Origin: Caldisericia bacterium
GTDB taxonomy: Bacteria > Caldisericota > Caldisericia > JAAYUI01
Direction: 5' to 3'
DNA length: 64,000 nucleotides
NCBI GenBank assembly: GCA_017999835.1
Contig: JAGNLA010000003.1
Location: 30,292 to 94,291, forward strand
The translations under genes were made by a program, and so were the position numbers. Numbering within the stretch: the first letter of the stretch is position 1; each line of letters opens with the position of its first letter. The notes under the pieces are model-generated. The model did not search any database, was not told the DNA's origin, and worked only from the letters and a program-made list of their open reading frames with translations. Shown one piece after another: positions 10,101 to 18,982 of the stretch.

Positions 10101-12878
10101 TGGTCCAAATTCTTCCCATGCCCTGTACTGAGCTTCCCTGTGGTATGGGCAGTATTGGCACCATACGGCTGTGAAAGTTTCAGTTAACAGTGTTTGCGGC
10201 ACAAGTTTGTCTGCCGTTTCTGTTTTGCCAAGATTCTGGAGAGGTGTGCCTGGGTTGTTGCATGGTTCAACAAGAATAACGATTGAGAAGATGAGCTCCT
10301 TGTTGGCTGATGAGGACGACTTTGCGATGATGTCGATTTCATAGACGCCTGGGATGATGATTGTTCCGCTCTTTGGCTGGAAACGGAGCTCTGCCTTGTT
10401 GTCGTCTGTGAGTTTTACTGTACCTGGTTTGAATTCAAAGTTGATGCCTGAGAGTTCAAAGCCCTTGCAATCAGTGTTGGCAACTTCGAGACCTTCTGGA
10501 AGCACGCAGTACCTCAGAGGTTTGCTGTACGAGAATCCAACTGGGCGGTCAAAACCGTTCTGCGGATCGATGGTTATTTCGGTGCTTGCAACTGTGTTGC
10601 AGCCAATTTTACAAAATAGCGGTGTGGCTGGATTGATTGAGAAACCGCCTTGATCACTTGGGAGAACTTTGACTGTGACTGACTTCGTGCCTTTATTGGT
10701 TGTAATCTTGATTAACGCTGTAACTTCAGTGCCTGCTGCCATGCCTGTGGAATCAACTTTCACATTGAGGCTGATGACATCGCCGACGAAATTTTTTGGA
10801 TCAACCGAAACGAATGGGGTTGATGATTCGATGTCGACGTTGCCTGTAAGGATTCCGCCTGTCCAGTTTCTGACTTCAATTCTTTTTTCAAGAGAAGTGC
10901 CCACTTGCATTACGCCAAAGTCCAATATTCTTGGGGCGACCGTTAACCAGATTGTTGGGTTCGGTCTTTCCTTGCCATTGACTGCTGAAACGAAATTGTC
11001 TGTGTCGATTCTTGGGAGGTTGAAAACTGTTGAGAACGGAACACTCTGAATCCTGGAATTGCCAGTATCGGCGATGTAGACCTGGCTTCCGCCGCAGGCA
11101 ACACCCTGTGGAAGAGTGTAAAAACCATAAGCGTTTATTCTGTCCTGATCTTTTGGATCTTCATTTTCATAACCTGATTTTGTGAAGAAAATACAACGCT
11201 GTGGTCCGCCTGGTCTTCCAAAGTCCCAGACTCTTCTTGAATCGCTGTCAAATACCACAAGACCGTCGTTATATGTGTCGGCAACGTAGATTCTGCCAGT
11301 GGCATCGAATGCGACATCACTTGGGAAGTAGAGCATTCCTGGCCCTTTACCTCTGTAACCCATCTGTCTGATGTAGCTGCCGTCTTTGATGCTGAACATC
11401 TGCACCCTGCAATTGGCAGAGTCAGCAACGATGAGTCTGGAGCCGTCGGTTGCAATTCCGAGTGGGTTGTTGAACTTTCCTGGGTTTGAACCAAAACCAC
11501 CGAATTGACGGGAGAAGTCTCCTGAGAGCGTGAACTCCTGGACAAGGTTGTTGCCTGAGTCGGAAACAAACAGCTTACCCAGTGATGGGATCACGGCCAC
11601 GTCTGACGGTCTGCTTAGTTTGCCCTGACCGTTGCCGAAGCTGCCGATGGTTTTTTTGTATGCTCCGTCGTAAGCGAAGATCTTGACGCAGTTGTTGCCT
11701 GTGTCAGCGACATAGATGTTGGAATCGTCAACTGCGACGCCCGATGGTGTGTTGAGATCCTTGTCACCTGAGCCGAACTGGCCGAATTCACTGTCGAATG
11801 CACCTGACTTGTTGTAGATAACGATTTTGTGGCGTGCGCTGTCGGCAACAAATATCTTCTCGCCGTAGTAGGCAACGCCTGTTGGTGCGCCAAAGCTTCC
11901 CATGGCGTCCTTGGCTTCCAGGCCGAAGATGCCGATGTATTTGCCTGTAAGGTCAAAAATGTCGACTCTGTTGTTGTCGTAGGATGAAACGTAGATCTTG
12001 TCCTCAAGAATGGCAACACCCATTGGCTTGGAGAGCTGTCCTGGTCTTGATCCGGCTTCACCGAAGGAGGAGATCTGATTTCCGTCAGCGGAGAAGATGA
12101 CGACTTTGTTTTCAAAAGTGTCAGTGACTATGATCTTTGAGTCGATGTGAGCGATACCGTAGTAATTGCCTGAACCAAAGCTGGTTTCATAATTGCCGTC
12201 GACAGAATAAACATGGATTTTGCCGGCAACTGAGTCGGTTACATAGACTTTGTTTGCAACAACACAGACACCTTCTGGTTGAATCATCTGGCCAGTTGCG
12301 CCACCATAGGAACCGATTGTTGAGAGATACTTGCCGCTGATGTCGGTAACGATTACGTTTCCTACGCCCGTGTTGGCGATGTAGATCTTATTGTTGTCAA
12401 CCCAAATTCCGTTGGCATTTTTAAGGAGAAGATTGCCGTTGGCATCAACAATTGGAAATTCGCCTTCGAATGCTTCATCCTCAGCCTTGTTTGATCTGAC
12501 CAGGATTTTTCCCTGCGCCCTGTCGAGCCAGTAGATTTTTTCCTTGGCAATTGCAATGCCGCCAGATTTTGTGGTCATATGCTCATTGCTTCCATAAAGG
12601 CCATACGAAAATTGAGGTTTTCCGCCCTTCATGACTGCCTGTACCCTGTGGTTGATGCTGTCAACGATGTAAAGTCTCAGGCCTTCGGCAGCAAGCCACG
12701 TTGGCCCAACAAAAACGCCATTTGGGGAACTTTTGCCGATGTTGGTGATGCCGAAGCTTGATGCTGCTTCGGTCTTTGCCGGCAATGAGATGATGCCAGC
12801 CGGAATGATAAGCATCATGCTTACCATCAACAAAACAATTTTCTTCATATCCGACCCCTTAAATGTAAATAAATACAC
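7188..12878 (-). CDS. giant secreted NHL-repeat protein (1896 aa). Signal peptide, ~12 NHL beta-propeller repeats, a central region with a thioredoxin-like CxxC motif, and a C-terminal copper-amine-oxidase N-terminal-like (Cu_amine_oxidN1) domain
   Basis: Signal peptide MKKIVLLMVSMMLIIPAGIISLPAKTEAASS. Recurrent NHL signatures (YIVDSINHRVQ, YVTDSVAGKIHVY, IYVADTGNNCVKIF, FVSDSGNNLVQEF, IVADSANCRVQMF, YVADTYNDGLVVF, IYIADTGNSRIQS). FTAVWCQYCPYH CxxC motif. C-terminal ~110 aa (NTYMPIKPIADALGATVEWEAKTRKVTINH...YPCIVSGRTMLPLRFVANAMGAKVEY) matches the Cu_amine_oxidN1 'stalk' fold found on Firmicutes-type surface proteins. Confidence 0.85.
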   Translation of the reverse strand: MYLFTFKGSDMKKIVLLMVSMMLIIPAGIISLPAKTEAASSFGITNIGKSSPNGVFVGPTWLAAEGLRLYIVDSINHRVQAVMKGGKPQFSYGLYGSNEHMTTKSGGIAIAKEKIYWLDRAQGKILVRSNKAEDEAFEGEFPIVDANGNLLLKNANGIWVDNNKIYIANTGVGNVIVTDISGKYLSTIGSYGGATGQMIQPEGVCVVANKVYVTDSVAGKIHVYSVDGNYETSFGSGNYYGIAHIDSKIIVTDTFENKVVIFSADGNQISSFGEAGSRPGQLSKPMGVAILEDKIYVSSYDNNRVDIFDLTGKYIGIFGLEAKDAMGSFGAPTGVAYYGEKIFVADSARHKIVIYNKSGAFDSEFGQFGSGDKDLNTPSGVAVDDSNIYVADTGNNCVKIFAYDGAYKKTIGSFGNGQGKLSRPSDVAVIPSLGKLFVSDSGNNLVQEFTLSGDFSRQFGGFGSNPGKFNNPLGIATDGSRLIVADSANCRVQMFSIKDGSYIRQMGYRGKGPGMLYFPSDVAFDATGRIYVADTYNDGLVVFDSDSRRVWDFGRPGGPQRCIFFTKSGYENEDPKDQDRINAYGFYTLPQGVACGGSQVYIADTGNSRIQSVPFSTVFNLPRIDTDNFVSAVNGKERPNPTIWLTVAPRILDFGVMQVGTSLEKRIEVRNWTGGILTGNVDIESSTPFVSVDPKNFVGDVISLNVKVDSTGMAAGTEVTALIKITTNKGTKSVTVKVLPSDQGGFSINPATPLFCKIGCNTVASTEITIDPQNGFDRPVGFSYSKPLRYCVLPEGLEVANTDCKGFELSGINFEFKPGTVKLTDDNKAELRFQPKSGTIIIPGVYEIDIIAKSSSSANKELIFSIVILVEPCNNPGTPLQNLGKTETADKLVPQTLLTETFTAVWCQYCPYHREAQYRAWEEFGPRHIIPIAYYADADSDNSGMTQPEHHCRYRWYTKEGLPTTVYNGTWNFSEGDGPHERQTPPPDRLPDRKMSGTTYSYWRFIHRIENYRHVTTPVHLFLQAKALSTKEGTAEVEITTLQDLSSQYKDAHVYFVLVENNVIFPATNGEEEHSLTVMKMLHDKDDNISEEKGCLGEPETLNLQEGTVTKKKITFKWPWVGRAPYEWQTIIRNCLLVCWIQDNTKKNVLQTTYVDLGQPLVSKFLLSKADGKNGSVQAGSRADFKYNLTNIGNYKGSYKFNFSHVDGSNWPYEILVDQVPQSLDNPIELDPMKSAQIEFRISVPPDTADNTESRFNMSVIDLDSGESASAKLNLLVEPAKPPSFEITGQKLIDIEPAGETQLTITIDPINEYNNPVSLELSPESQKNFSATFDPANGIPPFECKVTVKANENLEYVETGYPLSIVGKGSDVIGNKIEKSFQFMAKPKTLKLTLKPERKTITSCASNKICQQTEIKVMAGGSVAIKEARLDIVYNDKYLEYTMIGKGNLFQKNGGSPSFEQIVKPGRISITIKREGNAVEAMDGDYLCSIILKASGDKLEIDNVKVGLENVQLFGEKGNKILVQTEDTTLSVRKNALPPVIHLFTPIKQDSPWPTAEEQAKRSKIKNYVDQRVNQESIEVTGKCESVEGISQLTLVVGGEVVNMSADGSFKFNYSLREGPNYIIVIAQNFTGETSGISIVIARDTTPPDLYIDQPQVIAVEGSLKYSITTSNRTMTFHGYTDKGSKLTINDTQVPVVEDVTAPADDYTRWYFKSDVNLQEGLNKFEITSCDELGNCRSYVFEVTYDPKGASGETKTILLWLNQTTMMVNNDKVTLSVAPTTASPPLPAKLKGNTYMPIKPIADALGATVEWEAKTRKVTINHTLPNGTKKIIELWIDKTVAKINGVDTKINDSGTLYPCIVSGRTMLPLRFVANAMGAKVEYIAAERKIIITYPAP

Positions 12879-12896
12879 TTCTAAAGTGTATTTTGG

Positions 12897-12924
12897 AGTA
12901 TAAGGTCGGTATGGTTAAACTCAA
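12897..12924 (-). promoter_or_regulatory. candidate sigma70-type promoter (TTGAGT-16-TATACT) for the NHL giant gene
   Basis: Read on the minus strand: ttgagt ttaaccataccgacct tatact, about 20 nt upstream of an 8-bp inverted repeat (aatacact..agtgtatt) in the 5'UTR and an AAGGGG SD. Confidence 0.3.
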
Positions 12925-13288
12925 CGTGAATAAGATTAGGACAACTTTAAGAAAGATAAGACAGCCTCGAGTTTTTTTAACAAGAGAGACGGTATTGTTA
13001 AATAATTGGGCTAGCATTTAAAATTGTAGTTGGGGTAAGAGTATTTGGCAATATTGGTAATGATTATACTCTTGCTTTAGAATCTGGAATTATCAAAATA
13101 TAAAGACGATGTCATCAAATTAATACTCTTGCGGTAAAAAACAATTGAAAATGACATCATGAATTGCAAGCAAAAATGCCATCTTAGTTATCTATAATTA
13201 AATCAACAATTATTTTGTTGTGAGCAATGACTTTTTTATGAAGCTATATCGAGGATTGGGGGTTTGATTTTTTATTCATATAGCAATA

Positions 13289-13316
13289 TTGCATTAACTT
13301 TTTTGATTGGTATAAA
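13289..13316 (+). promoter_or_regulatory. candidate sigma70-type promoter (TTGCAT-16-TATAAA) for the PQQ-repeat gene
   Basis: ttgcat taacttttttgattgg tataaa, 15 nt upstream of the GGAGG SD. Confidence 0.3.
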
Positions 13317-13331
13317 AACATCGGAGGTTTG

Positions 13332-15755
13332 ATGCGAAAATTGGTAATTTTCCTTACTGTCTTTGTGGTTCTGCAGTCTATCGGGTTTTGCCCTTTAAAC
13401 CAATTGGTTTTATCTGATGCAAATATTGAACAACCAACAGTTTCGGAGAAATGGAAATCTAAACTAGGTTTTGAGTACGAAAAGGTGGCATCAAACATAT
13501 TATGCGACGGCAAATCAATATGGTTTGCATCAAGCGATGAAACATTGTATTGCGTAAATATCGACGATGAAAAAAAATTATTGACATATAAACCACAGAA
13601 AACCTCTAATGGATTTGGATGGGTGCATGAAAGTGGTAATCGGATAATTTTTAAATCAACTCTTGGGTTGGCCTGCTTTGACAGAGATTCGAAGAAACAG
13701 GTTTGGGCAATGGATACCAAGGAAAACAAAGAATGCAAAGTAGGTTTTAAAGAATCAATCCTGCTTTATGGCACTACCAATGTTGATTGTTTGGACATTG
13801 AAACTGGAAAGCTCAAATGGGGAAAGGATATCGGTGGCCCATTCTATGTGTTTGTTGCAGAGAGTGGGTTGTTTATAGCGCCCCAAATGGGTAGAGATGG
13901 CTATTTGAGCAGCCTTGATTATGCAACCGGGAATGAGCTCTGGGTCAGAAAAGATATAAATGCCGAAAAAATTCTGATTCACAACGACAATGCTCTGGTA
14001 TCAATCGGCAAGGGAGTTGTGTGTCTGAGTGCAACAACAGGCCAAAATCTATGGCAATACGACAATGGGAAAAATTTCGTCTCGATTGAAGATGCCAATG
14101 ATGCTTATGCCATCATCTGGGCAAAGGATGGAGCTGACAACGACAATAAAGGCTCGATTTGTCTCGACAGCAAGACCGGTGAGGTCGTTTGGAGGATGAA
14201 GGATCAATTTCCAGAGATTAAGATTGTTGGCGATAACAAGGTGCTCATGTGGGAATCAAGTTTTGCTTTCAGGAAACACATTGTGCTTTCATCACTGGAT
14301 AAAAATGAAGAATTACTCACATATGATTCAGAAGATGGGAGATATATTCAGGCAGTTGATGCATTTGAAGACTATGTTTGTGTAGAGACTGCTGAAAAGT
14401 TTTTTGTTTTTGATTTGCCAAAAAACTCAATTGCATGGTCAATGCCAAAATCAAAGCATTATGATCGTTTGTCTTCTGTAGATCACGATATTGTTTTAAT
14501 TCGGACTCAGGACAGTTGTGTCCAAGGGTTTGCGCTGGCAAACGGAGAAAAAATTTTGAATATCCAGACAGGTGATTTCAATCCGTCGAGTGTGATTTTG
14601 CATAAGGATTTGGTTCTGGTACAAGCCAACACATCTCACCTATCTGAATCAACATCAACACTTGCTTGTGTGAATAAAACAGATGGAGAAACGAAGTGGC
14701 AAAGACTGTTTGGTGCTATGACCTCAACCTCTGGCATAAAAATAAGTTGCAATTGGATATTTGTTGCACATCAAACCACGTTAGAAAAATGCGTGGTTGA
14801 ATGCCTTGATGCCGACACTGGAGAAACGGTATGGAAAACGATTATTGAAGAAAGCTATGGAGACGAAACCACAGATCCGATCAGTCTCGAATACTACGAT
14901 TCAAAAGTATATGTGACGATTTGTTCGCCAGGGTTGGTCTGTTGTCTTGATGAATCAAGCGGAGAGCTGCTTTGGCAGTGGAAGTCAGATGGCACAATAC
15001 AACCTGAAACCTGTTTTTCAAAAGACCTCTGCATTGTTGGTACCGATAACAAAGAGCTGGTTTGTCTGGATATAGATTCAGGAAAACCCAGATGGACTTA
15101 CAATAAACCCAAAGAGAATGAATATGTAGGGGTTGAATTCTGGGATTACGATTTGTCTGGCAACAAGGCCTTTGCTGCCATTGAAAAGGACATATTCATG
15201 AGTTTTGTTTGCGTGGACACAAGCGATGGGAAAAAACTTTGGGAGTATAAGCAGGAAAATGCAAGCAACCTTGTGTTTGTAAAGTATGAAAATGGCAAAC
15301 TCTATGCTGCCTATCATTATCTTGAAATCGATGGTGATTTTTTCGAACGTGACTGCCTGATATGTCTGAACGCAAAAACCGGGGAAAAATTATGGCAATA
15401 CAATTATAATGGGTACATGGATCAAGATCCACTTTTCAACTCAAATTCATTGTTTGTCAAAGTTGGCTTTTTTTCTACAGAAGATGAGTATCTTTGTATA
15501 AATAAAAAAACTGGAAAAAAGACCTGGGGAGCCAAATGCAATGACGTTTGTGCGATTTATGGGTTTTCATGCGTAAACCAAAAATGGGCGATTGCAGTCG
15601 GTTTAGATTCACAAATCCATTGTTATGATGCTCTCACTGGCAATGAGTTGTTCAGTTTCGCGGTTGACAGTTACGGTAAACTGCCAGCCGAAATAGAAGA
15701 TAACAACGTTTTTATTTCGAGCACAAACGGATATCTGTATTGCTTAAAAGAATGA
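13332..15755 (+). CDS. secreted PQQ-like beta-propeller repeat protein (BamB/PQQ-repeat superfamily), ~807 aa
   Basis: Signal peptide MRKLVIFLTVFVVLQSIGFC. At least 12 repeats of the G-x-x-x-W PQQ-type motif (GKLKWGKD, GNELWVRKD, GQNLWQYDNG, GEVVWRMKD, GETKWQRLFG, GETVWKTII, GELLWQWKSDG, GKPRWTYNKP, GKKLWEYKQ, GEKLWQYNYNG, GKKTWGAKC). The ORF track starts at TTG 13329; ATG 13332 with the GGAGG SD is preferred. Confidence 0.8.
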   Translation: MRKLVIFLTVFVVLQSIGFCPLNQLVLSDANIEQPTVSEKWKSKLGFEYEKVASNILCDGKSIWFASSDETLYCVNIDDEKKLLTYKPQKTSNGFGWVHESGNRIIFKSTLGLACFDRDSKKQVWAMDTKENKECKVGFKESILLYGTTNVDCLDIETGKLKWGKDIGGPFYVFVAESGLFIAPQMGRDGYLSSLDYATGNELWVRKDINAEKILIHNDNALVSIGKGVVCLSATTGQNLWQYDNGKNFVSIEDANDAYAIIWAKDGADNDNKGSICLDSKTGEVVWRMKDQFPEIKIVGDNKVLMWESSFAFRKHIVLSSLDKNEELLTYDSEDGRYIQAVDAFEDYVCVETAEKFFVFDLPKNSIAWSMPKSKHYDRLSSVDHDIVLIRTQDSCVQGFALANGEKILNIQTGDFNPSSVILHKDLVLVQANTSHLSESTSTLACVNKTDGETKWQRLFGAMTSTSGIKISCNWIFVAHQTTLEKCVVECLDADTGETVWKTIIEESYGDETTDPISLEYYDSKVYVTICSPGLVCCLDESSGELLWQWKSDGTIQPETCFSKDLCIVGTDNKELVCLDIDSGKPRWTYNKPKENEYVGVEFWDYDLSGNKAFAAIEKDIFMSFVCVDTSDGKKLWEYKQENASNLVFVKYENGKLYAAYHYLEIDGDFFERDCLICLNAKTGEKLWQYNYNGYMDQDPLFNSNSLFVKVGFFSTEDEYLCINKKTGKKTWGAKCNDVCAIYGFSCVNQKWAIAVGLDSQIHCYDALTGNELFSFAVDSYGKLPAEIEDNNVFISSTNGYLYCLKE

Positions 15756-15793
15756 ACACTAGAATAGTGCTCATTTTTATTAACGTAAACGAG

Positions 15794-16141
15794 TTATTTG
15801 CCCAGATTTTGCCTGATTGCGTCGAGTTTGGCAATGCCATCAGGATTGAACTGCCTGAATTCGTTGACTGACTGGCAGGGGTATTCCTGGCAATGAGCGC
15901 AGTTTGGGGTACCTTTGGATTTGTTGCAAAGTCTGAGTTTGCAGGAGTTGCAGAAACTGAAGATATTGTCATCTGACAAGCATCCTGTGCAGTTGATGTC
16001 CTTGGCTTTGATGTCAGGGTTGAAAGCCGATGCCCATTTTTTGGCGACTTCTTCCCTCATGGCATCGTCGTTTGCCATCGTTGCCTTGTATGCTTCGCAT
16101 TCCAGGCAATTGATTCCACAGCAAGATATCTTTTCTTCCAT
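15794..16141 (-). CDS. small cysteine-rich protein with four CxxC motifs (DUF3795-like)
   Basis: 115 aa: SCCGINCLEC...CTGC...CNSC...CAHC...PC. The N-terminal CGxNCxxC pattern resembles DUF3795. The family call is from memory only. Confidence 0.55.
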   Translation of the reverse strand: MEEKISCCGINCLECEAYKATMANDDAMREEVAKKWASAFNPDIKAKDINCTGCLSDDNIFSFCNSCKLRLCNKSKGTPNCAHCQEYPCQSVNEFRQFNPDGIAKLDAIRQNLGK

Positions 16142-16193
16142 GTTGACATGATAACAGACGTCAAAGTGGCTGTCAAACTCTAAAACTAAATGG

Positions 16194-17036
16194 TTACCCG
16201 ATACATCTGGTATTTAGCCAGGCGCCGATCATGCAGCCATCGTCACCTAAACCTGCAAGTCTGATAATGGTTCCTGGATCTCTTGAAAGACAAAGATTTT
16301 CTTTGATATGTTCAAACATTTTTGGTGCAAACACATCCCAGGATTTTGTTAGGCTGCCGCCTATGACTACAGCTTCAGGGTCAAAGGCGTTGATAACATT
16401 GGCTACGCCAATGCCATTCCATCTAGCAATCCATTCGACGTGTTTGTGTGCCTCAGGGTCACCATTTCTTGCCGATTCAAAAACTTTGGCAGCGTCGAGA
16501 CCCTTGTTTGAGAAATATAAACCAGAGCTGACTACGTTCCAGCAGCCCATCCTGCCACAATTGCAGGGGAATTCGTTAGGAATAAGCGACATGTGGCCCA
16601 CTTCACCTGCGAGACCGTTTGCACCCATCAATATTTTCCCATCAATCACAACGCCTGCCCCGATGCCTGTTGAAAATGTAAGATAAACGAAGTTCTTAAG
16701 GCCGATGGCTGAACCGTAGTACATTTGGGCAAGAGCCCCAGCTTTGCAATCGTTGATAAGTTTGGTTTTGATGCCATGTTTCTTCAGCATGACCTGAGAA
16801 AACGGGAAGTCAGATATTTTTTGGCTGGAAAGATGGATGAAATGACCTGTTTCAGGATCAATAAGACCGGCGACCGAAATGCCGACCGTGTAATCAACTC
16901 CTGCCAAATATCGTCCCAAGATGTCGATAAGCTCTTCACCATTTTGGGGCGATGGAAACATCTGTTTGTTTCTGACGCTTCTTCCGCTGACGTCGGCTAT
17001 GCGAAGGTTGGTTCCCCCAAAATCAACCGCGAGCAT
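16194..17036 (-). CDS. glk: ROK-family glucokinase
   Basis: MLAVDFGGTNLRIA N-terminal ATP-binding motif; ROK zinc motif CNCGRMGCWNVVSSG; 280 aa. Confidence 0.8.
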   Translation of the reverse strand: MLAVDFGGTNLRIADVSGRSVRNKQMFPSPQNGEELIDILGRYLAGVDYTVGISVAGLIDPETGHFIHLSSQKISDFPFSQVMLKKHGIKTKLINDCKAGALAQMYYGSAIGLKNFVYLTFSTGIGAGVVIDGKILMGANGLAGEVGHMSLIPNEFPCNCGRMGCWNVVSSGLYFSNKGLDAAKVFESARNGDPEAHKHVEWIARWNGIGVANVINAFDPEAVVIGGSLTKSWDVFAPKMFEHIKENLCLSRDPGTIIRLAGLGDDGCMIGAWLNTRCIG

Positions 17037-17048
17037 TGTTGGCGGAAC

Positions 17049-17876
17049 CTAGAATGTGGCGCAAGTTTCTGGGAAATTCAGGCATTTGAAACGCTTTGGG
17101 TCGTCGGAGAGATTTGTGTAGAGTGGACCTGAAAGTCCAAAAATCAACGGCATATCGCCTGATTCAACAGTCCGAAATTTTGGATGTCTTTTGTAGTTTT
17201 CATTTTCAATCCAGTGTTTGCCTGTTTCGTTCTCGACAAGCAACCACGCGCCGCCTTTATGATCACGAATGGAACAATAATTGGACTGACATTTGGTTGA
17301 GACAATGTCTGAAACGACCAAGAAGTCGGAGGAGGCATTGATTGTGATGTGTCCATAACCTGGTGGCATAAGGATTTTTGTGCCTGGTTCTGCTTCTATG
17401 ACAACTGCATCCATCAAATTTTCATCCTGAAGGAAGAATGTCGCTTTGCCGTAGACAACCTCGTAAATTTCAGGATATTCTTCATCTTGCCCTTCGGCTT
17501 TGCAGTGGTAATGCCCGATTGTTTTGATGAATTCCCTGCCGATTTTTCCAGGCCTGATGACTGTCATGTCAAATCTTAGTTTGCATTGGTCAAATTTTTC
17601 CCTGTCTTGTTCAAGCGCAAGTCCGGTGTACATCCAATAAAGCACCTCATCAGTGGCATCATTGGCGCATGAATCGATATAGTATTGGCATGATGCGTTT
17701 TTTGTGCGCACAGCCGGTTGACCGTAGTCAGGAATATCCGGGAAAGAGAGTTTGCCTGATACAGGATCAAATTCTACATTAAAACCTACATTTTCGCTGA
17801 GATTCATCAAACCTCCAGAGCCAATAATGATATTGCGAGGTTTAAGCTTGTCAAATAACTGTTCATAGAAGAACAC
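17049..17876 (-). CDS. pgi: cupin-type glucose-6-phosphate isomerase (cPGI), with a ~90-aa N-terminal extension
   Basis: Cupin motifs match archaeal-type PGI: REFIKTIGHYHCK (T-x-GH-x-H) and ILMPPGYGHITIN (PP-x-x-x-H). Adjacent to glucokinase in the same operon. Confidence 0.65.
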   Translation of the reverse strand: MFFYEQLFDKLKPRNIIIGSGGLMNLSENVGFNVEFDPVSGKLSFPDIPDYGQPAVRTKNASCQYYIDSCANDATDEVLYWMYTGLALEQDREKFDQCKLRFDMTVIRPGKIGREFIKTIGHYHCKAEGQDEEYPEIYEVVYGKATFFLQDENLMDAVVIEAEPGTKILMPPGYGHITINASSDFLVVSDIVSTKCQSNYCSIRDHKGGAWLLVENETGKHWIENENYKRHPKFRTVESGDMPLIFGLSGPLYTNLSDDPKRFKCLNFPETCATF

Positions 17877-17894
17877 GAAATTGAAAAATGAGGA

Positions 17895-18464
17895 TCAACC
17901 AATTTGTTTGCCATCATCAAAGCCCTGACCTATTTTCGGGCCTGTGCAAAAATACCCCATTGTTCCTGTATCATAGAGAAAAGGTTTCACGTTTTCAATT
18001 GACGGTTTGCCGTTCTCTCCAGCCACGCTCTCGTCGGCTTTAACGTCTACTATCTCGCCAACAAACATTGTGTGGAGGCCAAGTTCTGTCACACTGACAA
18101 GTTTGCATTCCAGGATTACCGGAAACTCTTCTATGTAGGGTGCGTCAACGAATTCTGCTTTTACTGGCGTGAGTCCGGTTTTTTCAAATTTGTTTACATC
18201 CCTTCCTGAGGCAATGCCCATGTAGTCAGCTTCCTTAAGATGATGTACTGACGGAATGCTGACTGTAAAAGCTTTTCTGTCAAGAATGCATTGATAGGAG
18301 TAGGTCGCCTTCCTCAAAGATACGGTAATACATGGTGGTTTTGAGCAACAAACGCCGCCCCAGGCTATTGTCATGGCGTTCGGTTTACCTTCTGAATCAT
18401 AGGTTCCAACAAGCCAAACTGGTGTAGGAAACGCCAACACTTTTGCTCCACAAGATTTTTTCAT
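17895..18464 (-). CDS. flavin reductase-like FMN-binding domain protein
   Basis: 189 aa. VLAFPTPVWLVGTYDSEGKPNAMTIAWGGVCCSKPPCITVSLRK...FTVSIP is typical of the PF01613 flavin reductase-like fold. Confidence 0.7.
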   Translation of the reverse strand: MKKSCGAKVLAFPTPVWLVGTYDSEGKPNAMTIAWGGVCCSKPPCITVSLRKATYSYQCILDRKAFTVSIPSVHHLKEADYMGIASGRDVNKFEKTGLTPVKAEFVDAPYIEEFPVILECKLVSVTELGLHTMFVGEIVDVKADESVAGENGKPSIENVKPFLYDTGTMGYFCTGPKIGQGFDDGKQIG

Positions 18465-18982
18465 TGTGTACTCCTTTTTTTGCCGTTTGACATCATGGCA
18501 AGCATGGCGCCAAGAAACGATTCCCGGATATCTTTTGGCACGCTCTCGGCAACAGTTTCAGCCCAGGCAAACTTCTTTGGACTGATTTGCTGGATTTCCT
18601 TTTCCGAGACAACATTTGTTTTTGAAATTTTTTCCATCGGTCTTCTGGCCACTACCGGGTTAAGTTTTGTAACAATACCATGTCCGACAATGTCGCTTAT
18701 CCTTTCCAGAATCAGCGATCTGTAGTCGGAAATCTGGGAGCACCAGGTAGAAGAGTCGCATTCAATTTGGAGGTTGCCATTTTCAAAGCTAACAGGTTTG
18801 CAGTGTAAGGCAATGTTTTCACCAACAATCGAATGCCATGAGGGTATGACAAAGCAGGCAGTCATAAGCTTGTTAAGTTGTCGGCCTTTCATTCCGTCAA
18901 AAATTTTTTTTAGTTCCTGTGGTCTGCCCATGAGTTCGATTCTATCAAAACATAATTGCCTTGTGGAGGCATTTGAGCGCAT
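18461..18982 (-). CDS. dciA: DUF721 (DciA-family) protein downstream of recF. Start codon uncertain; alternative ATG at 18931
   Basis: Core WHSIVGENIALHCKPVSFENGNLQIECDSSTWCSQI matches the DUF721 consensus (W..ivG..ia.h..P......L.v.vdss.W..el). It sits in the canonical dnaN-recF-DUF721 position. Confidence 0.6.
   Translation of the reverse strand: MRSNASTRQLCFDRIELMGRPQELKKIFDGMKGRQLNKLMTACFVIPSWHSIVGENIALHCKPVSFENGNLQIECDSSTWCSQISDYRSLILERISDIVGHGIVTKLNPVVARRPMEKISKTNVVSEKEIQQISPKKFAWAETVAESVPKDIRESFLGAMLAMMSNGKKRSTQ

Noticed and set aside
8584-12761. Many 60-166-aa ORFs on both strands inside the NHL giant gene (e.g. 11135..11569 -, 11615..12115 -, 10669..11049 +)
   Set aside because: They are shadow ORFs of a single 1896-aa minus-strand gene whose frame carries coherent NHL repeats and a signal peptide. 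The alternates are S/T/P/R-rich with no motifs.
1012-12878. Possible CRISPR-like periodicity suggested by repeated sequence blocks in the giant genes
   Set aside because: The repetition is at the protein-domain level (Big_2, NHL, Ca-loop repeats), with divergent DNA. There are no short identical direct repeats with unique spacers and no cas genes anywhere in the window.
16231-17132. Plus-strand ORFs (151 aa, 135 aa) opposite the ROK glucokinase gene
   Set aside because: Antisense shadows. The ROK frame has its diagnostic motifs, whereas the alternates are proline/serine-rich without RBS.
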